From positions 682,001-746,000 of the forward strand of contig NW_027590154.1 of the NCBI RefSeq assembly GCF_964213995.1: 64,000 nucleotides of DNA, in the 5' to 3' direction. Source of the stretch: Mustelus asterias. Taxonomy: Eukaryota. Both the position numbers and the translations under genes were made by a program. Shown one piece after another: positions 23,180 through 35,686 of this stretch (its first letter is position 1; every line of letters starts with the position of its first letter). The notes beneath the pieces were generated by a model. The model was not told the origin of the DNA. It ran no database searches and saw only the letters and a program-made list of their open reading frames with translations.

Positions 23180-23960
23180 GGGCTTCCCTCTCCGATCACA
23201 ATCCCTGCCGGCCTCCCACATGCAGCCTCAATGGCGGCAGTCAGCCCGGGTCAAACACTACAAGCTGCCGCTCCATTTGGTACAAAGGGGGGGACCGGGA
23301 AGTTCATTTCCGGGGTTTGGGTTTGAACAACATGTTTACAAAGTCTCTCCACCCACCCGCCATATTTATCATTCCCCGCGCGCCGCCCTCTACCTCGTAT
23401 TGATCTCGCTTCCAAATTGAAACCGTCCGTCGCCATTACCCGCACTGCGCATGCTTCAGGTCCCGCCCCTCATTCACTCCGATTGGTTGGAGGACCAGCT
23501 GCTCCCGCACTGTCCTCCAGCCCCGCCCCCTCTTCCTATTGGCCCGGAGCTGCCGTCAATCAGCCCCCGGGTATTGTGATGTGGAGCATGCGCAGTGTGT
23601 GTATGCAGCCAGTGAGTAAGTGCCGGGTGAGCGGGAAGGATGGCGTCGGAGGGAAAGAAATCAGTGGTGTCGGCCACAAAAACCAGAACAGAGGCGGTCG
23701 TGTTAAATATCAAGCGGGTGAGTAACGTCTGAGTGCGGAAGGGTGCTGGAGCCGGTGGGTGTGTGCCGATGTTTCAGATAATCCTCGATAGAGGCCTCAA
23801 TCCCGGAATGAGAAGCAGCCGGTTCAACGGTTGAAAGACCCGGATACCGACCGCCATCTTTGTAGGGGGCAATGTGTAGAAAAGCGCATGCGTAGCGCCA
23901 TCTTTATCAGTAGCAGTGCACCAGCGCGCGTGCGCAGTGCTCCCTTCAGCAGGAGGACTG
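23180..23960. promoter_or_regulatory. CpG island, probable bidirectional promoter for ZNFs 21836(-) and 25341(+)
   Basis: NRF1-type TGCGCATGC sites (23446, 23586, 23884), GC boxes, ATTGG boxes, CGCCATCTT (23852, 23896), GTGAGT donors (23612, 23718). Confidence 0.75.
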
Positions 23961-24425
23961 AGTGATGGATTTTGGAAACTCTTTTACAAGGGGATGGTTT
24001 ACACACAGCAAACACAAATCAAGAGAATTATTTGTCTCTTCTGAATGGAATTAGCAGTTAGAATGTTTATTGATCTATCTAATACTGGGAGCCATGAACA
24101 CACAAACTTCTTATTGTTCTGTTCTCTACCTGAAGGCAGGTCTGACCCACAATGTCAGGATCTCTGCTATGGGTCGGGCAAAGAGGCAGAACCCAAATCC
24201 ACCCCAGCCAGAATGGGGATTGAACCCCGTGCTGTCGGCACCAATCTCATCCACACCGGCCAGCTAGACCCCACAAGGAACCAGGCTACAGTGGCAACAG
24301 AAACTTTTATATCCGCTACCCGTGGAGCCATGGATAGTGATGGGAGAGGCTCCAAATTGTTTCCATCATATGACTGACCAGGAATCTCTCCTGCTCTTAT
24401 TGTCTATCATTGGTGTATGTTTGAA

Positions 24426-24741
24426 GGGCAGCATGGTGGCACAGTGGTTAGCACTGCTGCCTCACAGCGCCAGGGATCCAGGTTCGATTCCTGGCCCGGG
24501 TCACTGTCTGTGTGGAGTTTGCACATTCTCAGTGTGTCTGCGTGGGTTTCCTCTGGGTGCTCTGGTTTCCTCCCACAGTCCAAAGATGTGCAAGTTAGGT
24601 GCATTGGCCATGCTAAATTGCCCTTTAGTATCAGGGGGACTAGTCTGGGTCAATGCCTGGGGATAGGGCAAGGGCGGGATTGTGGTCGGTGCAGACACGA
24701 TGGGCCGAATGGCCTCTTTCTGCACTGTAGTGATTCTATGA
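24426..24741 (+). mobile_element. Full-length HE1/V-SINE-like SINE with CR1-type tail
   Basis: A-box tggcacagtgg, B-box ggttcgattcc, V-domain-like core, tail gattctatga. Confidence 0.88.
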
Positions 24742-25340
24742 ATGATTTACAGTTTGGCCACATTATGAACACACCTTCCTCGGCCATGTACTCTGAGTGG
24801 GACTGGAAACCAGAGCTTCTGACTCAGAAGAAGGGTCACTCCCCACTGCACCACATCTTCACAGTGCACAATCCAGACTAATAAATCTAACAGGAAAACA
24901 GGAGACATTTCTTTTCACAAACAGTTGTTAAAATGTGGAACTGACTGGAAGCAGTTGAGACAGATAACTTAGATTTTTTCAAAAGGAAACTAGATGAGAA
25001 TGAGAGAAAAGAGAAGCTGAAAGGCTGAGATGAGGTTAGCAGAATGGGAGGAGACTCGTGTGGAGTAGAAACTCTGTACAGACTAGATTGCCCGAATGGC
25101 CTGTTTGTGTATTATATCGTCTATGTAATTCTTTGTGAAATTATTTTGCAGGGTAATGGAAGAGGAGGATTTGCAGTCAGGAAAAACAAACCAAACTTTG
25201 TGTCACAATTGGAAAGTCAATTCATCAGGATGTGAAGATTTGTACACCTGAAGGGACTTAATTGACTGTCTCAGCAGGAAGCTGGTGAGAGTCTGTAAAC
25301 CTGCTCTTCCTGTGGGAAGGGATTGATACAGTTGGTAAAC

Positions 25341-26681
25341 ATGCTGACACGACAGCGAACTCGCCATAGTGAGAGTCCGTTCATCTGCTCCGTGTGTGGA
25401 AAGAAGTTCATGTGTTCGTCCAACCTGCTGGCTCACCAACTCGATCACATTGATGAGGACCCTCTTCAAAGCTCTGACTCTGGGGACAGCGTTGAGACGC
25501 CTGAGGAACAGGTCCAACACCAGCTCCTTCACACTGACGAGAGACCGTTCAGTTGCTCCCACTGCGGGAAGAGGTTCAGCCAGTCCTCTCGCCTTGCAGA
25601 GCACCAGCTCCTTCACACACACGAGAGACCGTTCAGCTGCTCTCACTGTGGGGAGTCATTCAGCGACTCAGTGCATCTCACTGAGCACCAACAAGTTCAC
25701 ACCAAGGACAGGCCATTCAGCTGCTCCCAGTGTGGGAAGAGATTCACTCAGTCCTCCCACTGCACTGAGCACCAGCTCATTCATTCTGATGAGAGAAGTT
25801 TTAAATGCTCAGAGTGTGAGAAGACCTTTAAAACGAACAATAGTCTCCTGAGACACCAATGCACTCACAGTGGGGAGAGGCCGTTCCCGTGCTCTGTGTG
25901 TGGGAAGAGATTCAATTATTCATTCCATCTTCTGAGGCACAAACTTGTTCACACGGGGGAGAAACCATTCACCTGCTCCGAGTGTGGGAATGGATACACT
26001 CGCTCATCTCACCTTGTGATTCACCAACGAATTCACACCGGAGAAAGGCCGTTCACCTGCTCCGAGTGTGGGAGGGGATTCACTCGTTCAACGCACCTTG
26101 TGATGCACAAGCGGATTCACATTGGGGAGAGGCCATTCTCTTGCTCTGTGTGTGGGAAGAGATTCACTCAGTCATCCGCCCTGCGCACACACAAGCGAGT
26201 TCACACCAGGGAGAGGCCGTTCACCTGCTTCGTGTGTGGGAAGAGTTTCCCTCGTTTGTCCCATGTTGTGATACACGAGCGGGTTCACACCGGGGAGAGG
26301 CCGTACATTTGTCATGTGTGCGGGAGGGCCTTTACTTGTTTACACCACGTGCAGAAACACCAGCTTGTTCACACCGGGGAGAAGGCCTTCATCTGCTCCG
26401 TGTGTGGGAAGCGTTTCCCTGAGTCCTCCAGCCTCCAGAGACACGAACGCATCCACACTGGAGAGAAGCCCTTCACCTGCTGTGTGTGTGGGAAGGGATT
26501 TGTTCAGTCGTTCGACCTGGTTAAACACCGGCGAGTTCACACCAGGAAGAAGCTGCTCACCTGCTCTGTGTGTGAGAAGAGATTTACTCGGACATCCCGC
26601 CTGCTGAAACACCAGAAACTTCACATCTTACCGACAAAGCTGGACTCTGCTGTTGCTGCTGAGAATCACACCCAGGACTGA
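25341..26681 (+). CDS. C2H2 zinc-finger protein, 14 intact fingers plus 1 degenerate
   Basis: Open frame of ~446 aa from the ATG at 25341; acceptor ttttgcag at ~25151; C-terminal LDSAVAAENHTQD. Confidence 0.88.
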   Translation: MLTRQRTRHSESPFICSVCGKKFMCSSNLLAHQLDHIDEDPLQSSDSGDSVETPEEQVQHQLLHTDERPFSCSHCGKRFSQSSRLAEHQLLHTHERPFSCSHCGESFSDSVHLTEHQQVHTKDRPFSCSQCGKRFTQSSHCTEHQLIHSDERSFKCSECEKTFKTNNSLLRHQCTHSGERPFPCSVCGKRFNYSFHLLRHKLVHTGEKPFTCSECGNGYTRSSHLVIHQRIHTGERPFTCSECGRGFTRSTHLVMHKRIHIGERPFSCSVCGKRFTQSSALRTHKRVHTRERPFTCFVCGKSFPRLSHVVIHERVHTGERPYICHVCGRAFTCLHHVQKHQLVHTGEKAFICSVCGKRFPESSSLQRHERIHTGEKPFTCCVCGKGFVQSFDLVKHRRVHTRKKLLTCSVCEKRFTRTSRLLKHQKLHILPTKLDSAVAAENHTQD

Positions 26682-26949
26682 ACCTTTTCTCCTTTCTAAC
26701 TCGAGATTATTTCAGTCTCAAACCTTCCGTTACTCTCATGGACAAGTCCCAGCTCCCCATACCTACCAGAGTGTCTCTCCCAGCCTCGAGATCCAGGGAA
26801 GGTTTCGGTAACATTCCTGGGATCAATGAACACAAAACACAGTTTGTGAATCACTTTCAGCTACTGGGCTCAGTGTGTGTCTCACAGGATCTCACTCACC
26901 TTCTGTATGTGAATGGAATGTCATGTCTGCAAACCGGGTTTAAACTGAA

Positions 26950-27548
26950 TTTGATGTGATTTATTATAGTCACATGTATTAGTATTGTTTCTTGAACGCT
27001 ATACAGACAAAGCATACCGTACATAGAGTACATAGGGGGAAAGGAATGATTTGATTTATTGTCACATGTATTGGGATACAGTGAAAAGTATTGTTTCTTG
27101 TGAACTATGCAGACAAAACATCCTGTTCATAAAGTACAAAGGGGAGACGGAAAGAAGATGTAGAATGTAATATTACAGTCATAGCTCGGGTGTAGAGAAA
27201 GATCAGCTTAATATGTGATAGGACCATTCAAAAGTCTGATGGCAGCAGGGAAAAAGCTGTTCTTGACTCGGTTGGTCCATGACCTCAGACTTTTATATCT
27301 TTTTCCTGGTGGAAGAGAGAATGTTCAGGGTGCGTGGGGTCCTTGATTATGCTGGCTGCTTTTCTGAGGCAGCGGGAAGTGTAGACAGAGTCAATGGATG
27401 GGAGGCTGGTTTGCGTGATGGACTGGGCTACATTCCCAACTCTTTGTGGTTTCTTGCGGTCTTGGGAAGAGCAGGAGCCATACCAAGCTGTGATATAACC
27501 AGGAAGAATGCTTTCTATGGTGCATCTGTAAAAGTTGATGAGAGTCGT
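26950..27548 (-). mobile_element. Rex1/Babar-like LINE 3' fragment with duplicated 3' tip
   Basis: Minus strand FYRCTIESILPGYITAWYGSCSSQDRKKPQR; the 3' tip occurs twice (26950-27045 and from 27047). Confidence 0.75.
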
Positions 27549-28539
27549 AGCCTTTTAGATCAGAGTTGAGGAGAAGAGAGTTCTGAATCAACTGTATTAT
27601 CTCTGTTCTCCAGATCGAATGACTATTTTAAAAATGTAATGGTATTTTATTCAAGAAACACATTCACGGCCCAAAGACTTAACTGCTGTGTAACTTACGT
27701 CAAAGATTCATAAAATTAAAGATACAACAATGGAAATATGTGACAATCCTGTAATAACAATAAACAAATTGATCAGGTAACAGGAAAGTGGTGGACATGA
27801 TATTAAAAGAAGGAACATTGAATTAAAGTTACAGACCAATACACCATTCCTATGTTACAGGCTCTGAAATGCATATAAATTTTATCATTTCAGTACTTCG
27901 TTGAGCACTGGAACCATGTGAGGAATTACTCTGCAGTGCAGTTAATAAAGTCAGTAAAAGACAATCCGTTGTTGGGAATTTGATTATCTGGTGTTTGAAA
28001 CCACAAGGTTCAATATTTAGAGTCAACAAGATGAACAAGGAAATACATCAGGGCCCAAAACTCCAGCTGGATATTCACAGGAGAAAGTCTGTTATTTAAT
28101 ACCTCAAGTGGACAGAAGAAAGATCTCAACTAAAAACCCTCCAATCATTTGTAAACATGTTTCAAATGCTGAGAGATTTCAACAGTGAGTTTCCATCACA
28201 TTGAAGCCAATGGAAGGTGAGAGATGGTTAAAGGTTCCAGACAGAAATGTAACTTGATGTTTCCATTGCCTTACATTGGTAGATTCAGGAATTCACACTA
28301 ACATTTTAAATCTGTACTTTTTCCAGACTGGAAACTTAAACCTGCCGTTTCACTCAGTCAGGAACAGATCCCAGCTTTACACCAATCTCTGATTTGAAAG
28401 CATGTTTCCAGCATTCACTGTTGTTCTTCCTGACTCTAAATACAATTGTAGAGGAGCTTTTGTTCCATGTCTAGGAGCTCTGAACCATTAAAGAGAGCGA
28501 CTGAGACGTATTTCTTACACACCTCGGGATTAACCCACA

Positions 28540-29630
28540 TGTTCAATCCGAACTGCAGCATTCGCCAAATCCAACTCCTGCACTCATTTGTGAACTCACT
28601 GGTGTCTCAGTCGGTTGGATGATGGAGTGAGTCCCTTTCCCACACACAGAGCAGGCGAATGCGCCCTCCTCAGTGTGAACTTGCTCATACGGCAGCAGCT
28701 CAGATGAGTCAGCAAATTCCTTCCCTCACCTGGAGCATCTGAACAGCCTCTCCCCGAATGAACTTGCTGGTGTGCCGACAGACTGGATAACTGAGTAAAT
28801 CCATCTCCACACATGGAGAAGGTGAAAGTTCTCTCCTCAGTGTGACCGTATTGATCATTTCCCAGTTGAAACGGGTAAATGAATCACATCACTCAATCCC
28901 CATATGTCCATGCTTTCTCCATGGTGCTGGTGTCCTTGTGTCTCTTCAGGTTGGATGATCAGTCAAAGCTTCATCCACACACACAACACGTATACAGTCT
29001 CTCCTCGCTGTGAATGCTGCGATGTATTTTCAGGCTGTGTAACCGGTTAAAGCTCTTTCCACACTCCGTTCACTGGGACACTCTCACTCGGGTGTGTCTG
29101 TGTCTCGGTGCTTTTCCAGTCACACTGATATTTGAAATAGGGCGGCACGGTAGCACAGTGGTTAGCACTGCTGCTTCACAGCTTCAGGGACCTGGGTTCG
29201 ATTCCCGGCTTGGGTCACTGTCTGTGTGGAGTTTGCACATTCTCCTCGTGTCTGCGTGGGTTTCCTCCGGGTGCTCTGGTTTCCTCCCTCAGTCTAAAGA
29301 TGTGCGGGTTAGGTTGATTGGTCATGCTAAAAATTGTCCCTTAGAGTCCTGAGATGTGTAGGTTAGAGGGATTAGCGGGTAAATATGTGGGGGTAGGGCC
29401 TGGGTGGGATTGTGGTCGGTGCAGAGTCGATGGGCCGAATGGCCTCCTTCTGCACTGTCGGGTTTCTATGAAATCTTTTCCCACAGACAGAACAAACAAA
29501 CATTTCTCCTTCCACATTGAAAGGTCAATGATATTCAGGTCCTGATGGATCGAGTGATTCTGTTAGATCTCAATGTGATGTTTGGCTATAAGTTCCCTCC
29601 CTGTAAATCATCCCCTGCTAATACCCTGGG
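28540..29630 (-). pseudogene. Decayed ZNF with the decayed-finger leader
   Basis: MEKAW start (~28923), broken fingers, leader homologous to 32100-32450. Confidence 0.75.
29140..29468 (+). mobile_element. HE1/V-SINE-like SINE with TSD
   Basis: TGAAAT at 29133-29138 and 29469-29474. Confidence 0.88.
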
Positions 29631-29974
29631 AATAGTGCTCACAAGAATCATCAATAACCAGCCTCTTGTGCTGTTTGGGTTTCTGTTTCTCTTCCTGTAC
29701 AATGTAACCCTGCCCTCATGTTCTACAGACATCCATTTCCCAAACACTGATCTGCTCGAGGGGGTTCCACCAACCCAAATGTCTGCCTCTGTACCGTGGT
29801 TAAATTCACGGGCTGGGTGGCCTTGGAAAGGGAGCACGTGGTGTCCACTGCCACTTCAAGCCTTCCATGACTGGTGGGCACTTGTGGGGTCGGGGCTGCA
29901 TCATCAATTCCGGCCCCCCAGTAATGACATTTTAGTCTCATTAGTTACCTTTCACCCTCATTCTGTTTCATGTC

Positions 29975-30291
29975 ACAGAATCATAGAATCCGTACAGTGC
30001 ATGAGGCCATTCGGCCCATCGAGTCTGCACCGACCACAATCCCACTCAAGCCCTATTCCCGTAACCCCACATATTTACTCTCCTAATCCCCCTGACACTA
30101 GGGTCAATTTAGCACAGCCGATCAACCTAACCTGCACATCTTCGGACTGTAGGAGGAAACCAGAACACGCGGAGGAAACCCACGCAGACACAGGGAGAAC
30201 ATGCAAACTCCACACAGACAGTGACCCAAGGCCAGAACTGAACCCAGGTCCCTGGCGCTGTGAGGCAGCAGTGCTAACCACTGTGCTGCCC
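29975..30291 (-). mobile_element. HE1/V-SINE-like SINE
   Basis: Reverse-complement SINE consensus. Confidence 0.85.
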
Positions 30292-30897
30292 ATTTACTTT
30301 TGGTTTATATTAAACAACATTTTAATTAATTTTGATACATTTTCTTTGAAGTTCTGTCTTTTTGTTACAATGATGTTTTGAGGAGATTTCACTTGTTAAT
30401 TAGTTTATTTGTTTTACTGGTATAAAAAACAGAACACAGATCAGAGACCTCACTGACTTCAGCCCAAAGTGGAACCACAGGAAGAGGAGACTTCACAAAC
30501 ATCCCTATTCTCAATGATGGGTCCAGCACATCAAGACTGGGTTTTGTGTTTACTGAGGCCGAGTGTGTTATCACTACCTTCACTGATTCCCCAGGTTAGG
30601 AGAGATGTTGTGGAAGGTCTGGGTCCAAGGGAATAGCTGAAGGTCCGCAACTGAAATGATCCAGACAGTGAGAAAGGAGAAAAAAAATACTCACAAATGG
30701 AGCAGCCAGTAACAGGATATCGAATAATCTCCTCTTATCCTGGAGAAATAAAGGACACGACGGTGTGTCTGAAATAATATTAGTTCATTTGACACGCATC
30801 GGAATACTAAACTGCAGCAAGTAATGGAGATTATTAACATCAGCATGAAGAAACTCCAGCTCTCAGGCTGAACATGTTTCAGGCTTGGATGTGATTA

Positions 30898-31140
30898 ATC
30901 TGGAATTAAAAGTCAACTGATGGCCATGACAATTGTCAGAAAAACCCATCTGGTTCACGAATGTCCTTCAGGGAAGGAAATCTGCCGCCCTTACCTGGTC
31001 TGGCCTACATGTGATTCCAGAGCCCCCACAGCAATGTGGTTGACTCTGAGATGGCCTCTGAAATGGAGGGGAATTAGGGATAGGCGATAAATGCTGGGCC
31101 CAGTCAGCGACCCTCACGTCCTGTAAAATGAATTTTTAAA
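30898..31140 (+). mobile_element. SacSINE1/DeuSINE-like SINE, 3' part
   Basis: aaaacccatctggttca...agggaaggaaatctgccg...cagcaatgtggttgactct; homologous to 33290-33635. Confidence 0.7.
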
Positions 31141-31167
31141 GATAACAGCAGAATCCAAATCCTTCTG

Positions 31168-32091
31168 TCATTTGTGAACTTTCTGGTGTCTCAAAAGGTG
31201 GGATGAGTGGATGAATGTCTTCCCACAGTCAGAGCAAAGGAATGGCCTCTCCCCAGTGTGAACTCGCTGGTGTGTCAGAAGATTGGCTGAATGAATGAAT
31301 CCTTTTCCACACGTGGAGCAGGTGAACGACCTCTTCCCAGTGTGAACTCGCTGGTGTTTCTGGAGGCTGGATGACAGAGTGAATCCTGTCCCACACACTG
31401 TACATCTGAATGGCCTCTCCCCATTGTGAACTCGCTGGTGTGTCAGCAGGTCAGTTGTGGTTCTGTAAGTCTTCTCACACTCAGAGCATTTGAAAAGTCT
31501 TTTATCCGTGTGAACCAGTTGGTGTTTAGCGAGGTGGGATGATCGTGCAAATGCCTTCTCACACACAGCGCAGGTGAATGGCCTCTCCCCAGTGTGAACT
31601 CGCTGGTGTATCAGCAATTCACTTGTGGTTTTATAACTCTTCTCACATTCAGTACATTTGAGAGGTCTGTTATCAGTGTGAACCAGTCGGTGTGTAGTGA
31701 GGTAGGATAATCGCGTGAATCCCTTCCCACACACAGAGCAGGTGAATGGCCTCTCCCCAGTGTGAGTGCGTTCATGTTCGATGAGGTTCTGTGATCGTAT
31801 GAACCCCCTCCCACAGTGAGAGCAACTGAACTGTCTCTCAGTGTGAACAACCTGGTGCGTGACCAGGTCCTCCGAGCTTTTAAAGTTGCTTTCACAGTCC
31901 GAGCGGTTTAACAGCCTCTCATCAAGGTGAACTTGCTGGTGTGAAAGCAGGTGGGATGACTGAATGAATCCTTTCCCACACATGGAGCAGGTGAATGGTC
32001 TCTCCCCAGTGTGACTGCGTTGATGATTTTTAAGCTGGGAAGGGTAACTGAACCCCTTCCCACAATCCGCACATTTCCACTGTTTCTCCAT
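31168..32091 (-). CDS. C2H2 zinc-finger protein, 10 intact fingers plus 1 degenerate
   Basis: 307-aa open frame MEKQWKC...HQKVHK with Kozak-like gccATGG. Confidence 0.88.
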   Translation of the reverse strand: MEKQWKCADCGKGFSYPSQLKNHQRSHTGERPFTCSMCGKGFIQSSHLLSHQQVHLDERLLNRSDCESNFKSSEDLVTHQVVHTERQFSCSHCGRGFIRSQNLIEHERTHTGERPFTCSVCGKGFTRLSYLTTHRLVHTDNRPLKCTECEKSYKTTSELLIHQRVHTGERPFTCAVCEKAFARSSHLAKHQLVHTDKRLFKCSECEKTYRTTTDLLTHQRVHNGERPFRCTVCGTGFTLSSSLQKHQRVHTGKRSFTCSTCGKGFIHSANLLTHQRVHTGERPFLCSDCGKTFIHSSHLLRHQKVHK

Positions 32092-33289
32092 GGCGCTGGT
32101 GTCCTTGTGTATCTCCAGGTTGGATGATCAGTTAAAGCCTCATCCACACACAGAACACGTGATGATTTCTCCTGGCTGTGAATGTTGTGATGTTTTTTTT
32201 CAGGCTGTGTAACTGGTTAAAGCTCTTTCCACAGTCAGTTCACTGGAACACTCTCACTTGGGTGTGTGTGTGTCTCGGTGCTTTTCCAGTCACACTGATG
32301 TTTGCAAAACAAACAAGCATTTCTGCTTCCCCATTCAAAGGTCGATGATAATCAGGTTCTGATGAATGGAACAATTTTGCTGTATTTTTGTGTGATGTTG
32401 TGTTTGAGTTTCACATTTGCAAAACTTCCTCTTCTAATACCCTGTAAAAGGAGTTTACAAAAATTATCATTGTAACATGACAGAAATTCAGAACAGATAT
32501 TTAATTTTCTATTGAATATTCTTTTCCCTTGTTTGTTTCCCCAAATATGTGGTCCAAACAAACTAAAAAAAGAAAAAGATCAGCAACAAAGTACCAACAA
32601 GAAGAAAGGTTAGCTTCCTAACTAAACCAGAATGTTGTTTCCAGTGTCTTGAAGTTACTTTGTACCCTGCGATGCTCATCAGTTGTGGAAGGTAGCAAGT
32701 GCATCAGTGGACACCACATGCTCCCTCTCCAGGAGAGACTGTAAGGATATGCGACATCCACCCAATTGCTATGGACACTGCTCATTCAGCTTCAACAAAT
32801 TGTTGTTTGAATCTGGCCCAAGAGCAGGTCCAGGAGAAGATACTCTGATCTTGGTTAAGCTGCATTTGGAGTATTGCATGCATTCCTGGCCACCATACTA
32901 CCAGAAGGACCTGGAAGCTTTGGAGAGAGTGCAAAGAAGGTTCACCACGATGTTGCCTGGTCTCGAGGATGTTGGCGAGGAGAGGTTGAATAGGATTTTT
33001 TGCGGGAAAGACAGAGGCTGACGGGAGACCTGATAGAGGTCTACAAAATTATGAGAGGCATAGACAGGGTGGATAGTCAGAGGTTTTTTTCTTCGGGTGT
33101 AATTATCAATTACAAGGGGCACAGGTTCAAGATGAGAAGGGGAATATTTAAGGGAGATGTGCAGTGGAAGTTTTTCACACAGAGTGGTGGGTGCCTGGAA
33201 CGTGCTGCCAGATAGGTGGTGGAAGCAGGCACATTAGCAAACTTTAACAGGAATCTGGATGGGTACTTGAATAGGGAGGAATTAGAAAT

Positions 33290-33635
33290 TATCGCTCGAC
33301 TATTAATCCAGAAACTCAGCTAATGTTCTGGGGACCCGCGTTCAAATCCTGCCACGGCAGGTGGTGGAATTTGAATTCAACAAAAAATATCTGGAATTAA
33401 GAATCTACTGATGACCATGAAACCATTGTCGACTGTCGGAAAAATCCATCTGGTTCACTGATGTCTTTTAGGGAAGGAAATCTGCCGTCCTTTTCTGGTC
33501 AGGCCTACATGTGACTCCAGAGCCACAGCAATGTGGTTGACTCTCAACTGCCCTCTGAACAAGGGCAACTAGGGATGGGCAATAAATGCTGGCCAGCCAG
33601 CGACATCCATGTCCCATAAATTAATTTTAAAAAAT
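33290..33635 (+). mobile_element. SacSINE1/DeuSINE-like SINE
   Basis: B-box gttcaaatcc, Deu-like core, A-rich end. Confidence 0.72.
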
Positions 33636-33890
33636 CCCACCCAGGGCCAATTCCCGCGACCGCACACATTTATCTTACTAATTCTCCTGACACTCGGGTC
33701 AATTTAACATAGCCAATCAACCTAACCCGCACATCTTTGGACTGTGGGAGGAAACTGGAGCACCCGGAGGAAACCCACACAGCCACGGAGAGAATGTGCA
33801 AACTCCACACAGTGACCCAAGGCCAGAATTAAACCTGGGACCCTGGAGCTCCAAGGCAGCAGTGCTAACCACTGTGCCACCATGCTGCCC
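33636..33890 (-). mobile_element. HE1/V-SINE-like SINE
   Basis: Reverse-complement SINE consensus. Confidence 0.82.
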
Positions 33891-34479
33891 AGAGGGATAC
33901 AGACCAAGCAAGGGCAGAAGGTTTTTTTAAAATTAGGGTATCATGATTGGCATGGACTTGGAGGACCAAAGGGCCTGTTCCTGTGCTCTACTTTTCTTTG
34001 TTCTCCCCAACTTCCCCCCACACAGCCAAAGATTAGGAGATTGGGGCGAAAGTGTAAACAAAGGTTGCAGAGCAGCTCCTTCAGGTAACTATACAGGGCT
34101 GCAACATCTCACACTGAATATAGAATCCCTGCAGTGCAGAATGTGCCATTTGACCCATTGAGTATGCACCAACTCTCTGACAGAGCATCTTAGCCAGGTG
34201 TTCTTCCTCACCCTATCCTGGTAACCTCACAATTTCCCATCTAACCTGCACATCTTGGGACACTCAGAGGCAATTTAACATGGGCAATCCACATCTTTGG
34301 GCTATAATATAATAATATAATGTAAACATGGCCCATGGACTCCTTTAGGCTGCAAACATTCGCTGCAGCCTGGGAGTGGGTGAAGCTGTTTAAAATCTGT
34401 TTACTCAGCTATAGTTCCCCGGGCACTAGGACCCAGTTGGGAACAGAGACCCTGAAGTCCCGTCCACTCTGTTACTTCA

Positions 34480-34860
34480 CCTGAACGAGGACGCATGCGC
34501 ACTCCTCTGCTTTGAACCAAGATGGCGGCCAGTAACCGGGGCCTCGCTTCGGGAAAAAGACCCGGAGCGGCAAACGCGGCACCTTCAGGTTCGTGAAGGG
34601 GGTTAGAGTATTCACCCGGTGTTTACAAACTCTCCCCAACCAGAATGGCCTCCGTTACTCACTCCGGGTTTCCGCATCCTTACCGACTGCCTGTTAACCA
34701 AAGAAACGTCTTTGTCTCAGGAGACATCACTCATACTGCGCATGCTCCAACTGGATGAGCATTGGGCCTGCGCACGACTCTCCTGCAGTGCGGAAAGGGG
34801 ACTTTCAGCACCGCGGGGAATGCTGGGTATAAAGCCCGCCATTGACAATCCCAATGAGTG
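34480..34860. promoter_or_regulatory. CpG-rich promoter between ZNFs 32091(-) and 35687(+)
   Basis: CGCATGCGC (34492), AAGATGGCGGCC (34519), TGCGCATGCTCC (34737). Confidence 0.7.
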
Positions 34861-35686
34861 AATAGTGATTGTTTTTGCTGTGTTGTGGAGATCGTGGCGG
34901 GTGGGGAAACCGATAAAATTAGGAACAAAATCATAAATTACGCCAAGTGTACAGACCCTTAATTATCAACCAGAAAGAAGGAAAATGGGGGTTGCTGAAA
35001 GACTGTCCTTTTAAGTATTGAAAATATATTTATAATGAGAAGAAAATCAATCTGTGTAGCTTTAGTGAATATCGATATGCAAAGAGTAAGATGAAAGACT
35101 TTTAATCATCTCAAACACTTGGCATAGAACTGTCTGAAACTCAAAACAGGAGCTTCAGGAAATCAATGACAAAATGAGCATTTATAAATATGTAAATATA
35201 TATATATAGATATACATATATAAATTTATAAATGAGCATTTACACCGTTGACAGAAGACATTTTTAAATGTAAATTATTTACACTCAATCACTTTTGTAT
35301 TCATTTGTGGGACATGGATGTCGCTGGTTGCCAGCATTTCTTGCCCATCTCTAGTTGCCCTTGGTGGGCACTTAAGATTCAACCACATTGCTGTGGCTTT
35401 GGTATCACATGTTTTAATGACAATGTTACAATCCATAATTCTCCATGTGACAGAATGTATCCCATCAGTGACTGGTTGTTCTGAATTTCTGAGCTGAACT
35501 GACAGTGATGACATTTGCAAACTTCTTTTACAGGATATTAAAAGGGAAGAACTTGCCATAAGAAATCTCAAACTGACTTCACACCAAGATCTGACAGAGT
35601 CACTCGATTTAATAGGATGGGGCAAACCATCGCCCATTTTACCATTCCTGTGACTGGAAAAGCACCGAGACACAGACACCGAATCC

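Larger units (their letters stand above)
32850..34003 (+). mobile_element. CR1 3' fragment with two nested SINEs
   Basis: HLEYC...ERVQRRF; the CR1 3' region resumes at 33891. Confidence 0.75.

Noticed and set aside
23443-23597. MITE with 16-bp terminal inverted repeats
   Set aside because: No target-site duplication at either copy; the inverted repeats are explained by two opposed NRF1-type sites.
24426-24500. tRNA genes
   Set aside because: A/B boxes belong to SINE heads that continue into the SINE body.
25369-26624. Overlapping alternative-frame and antisense ORFs on ZNF arrays, and likewise on CR1 ORFs
   Set aside because: Expected shadow ORFs of repetitive finger and LINE coding sequence.
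29545-30381. 278-aa ORF
   Set aside because: Runs through an antisense ZNF leader and an antisense SINE; no coherent domain.
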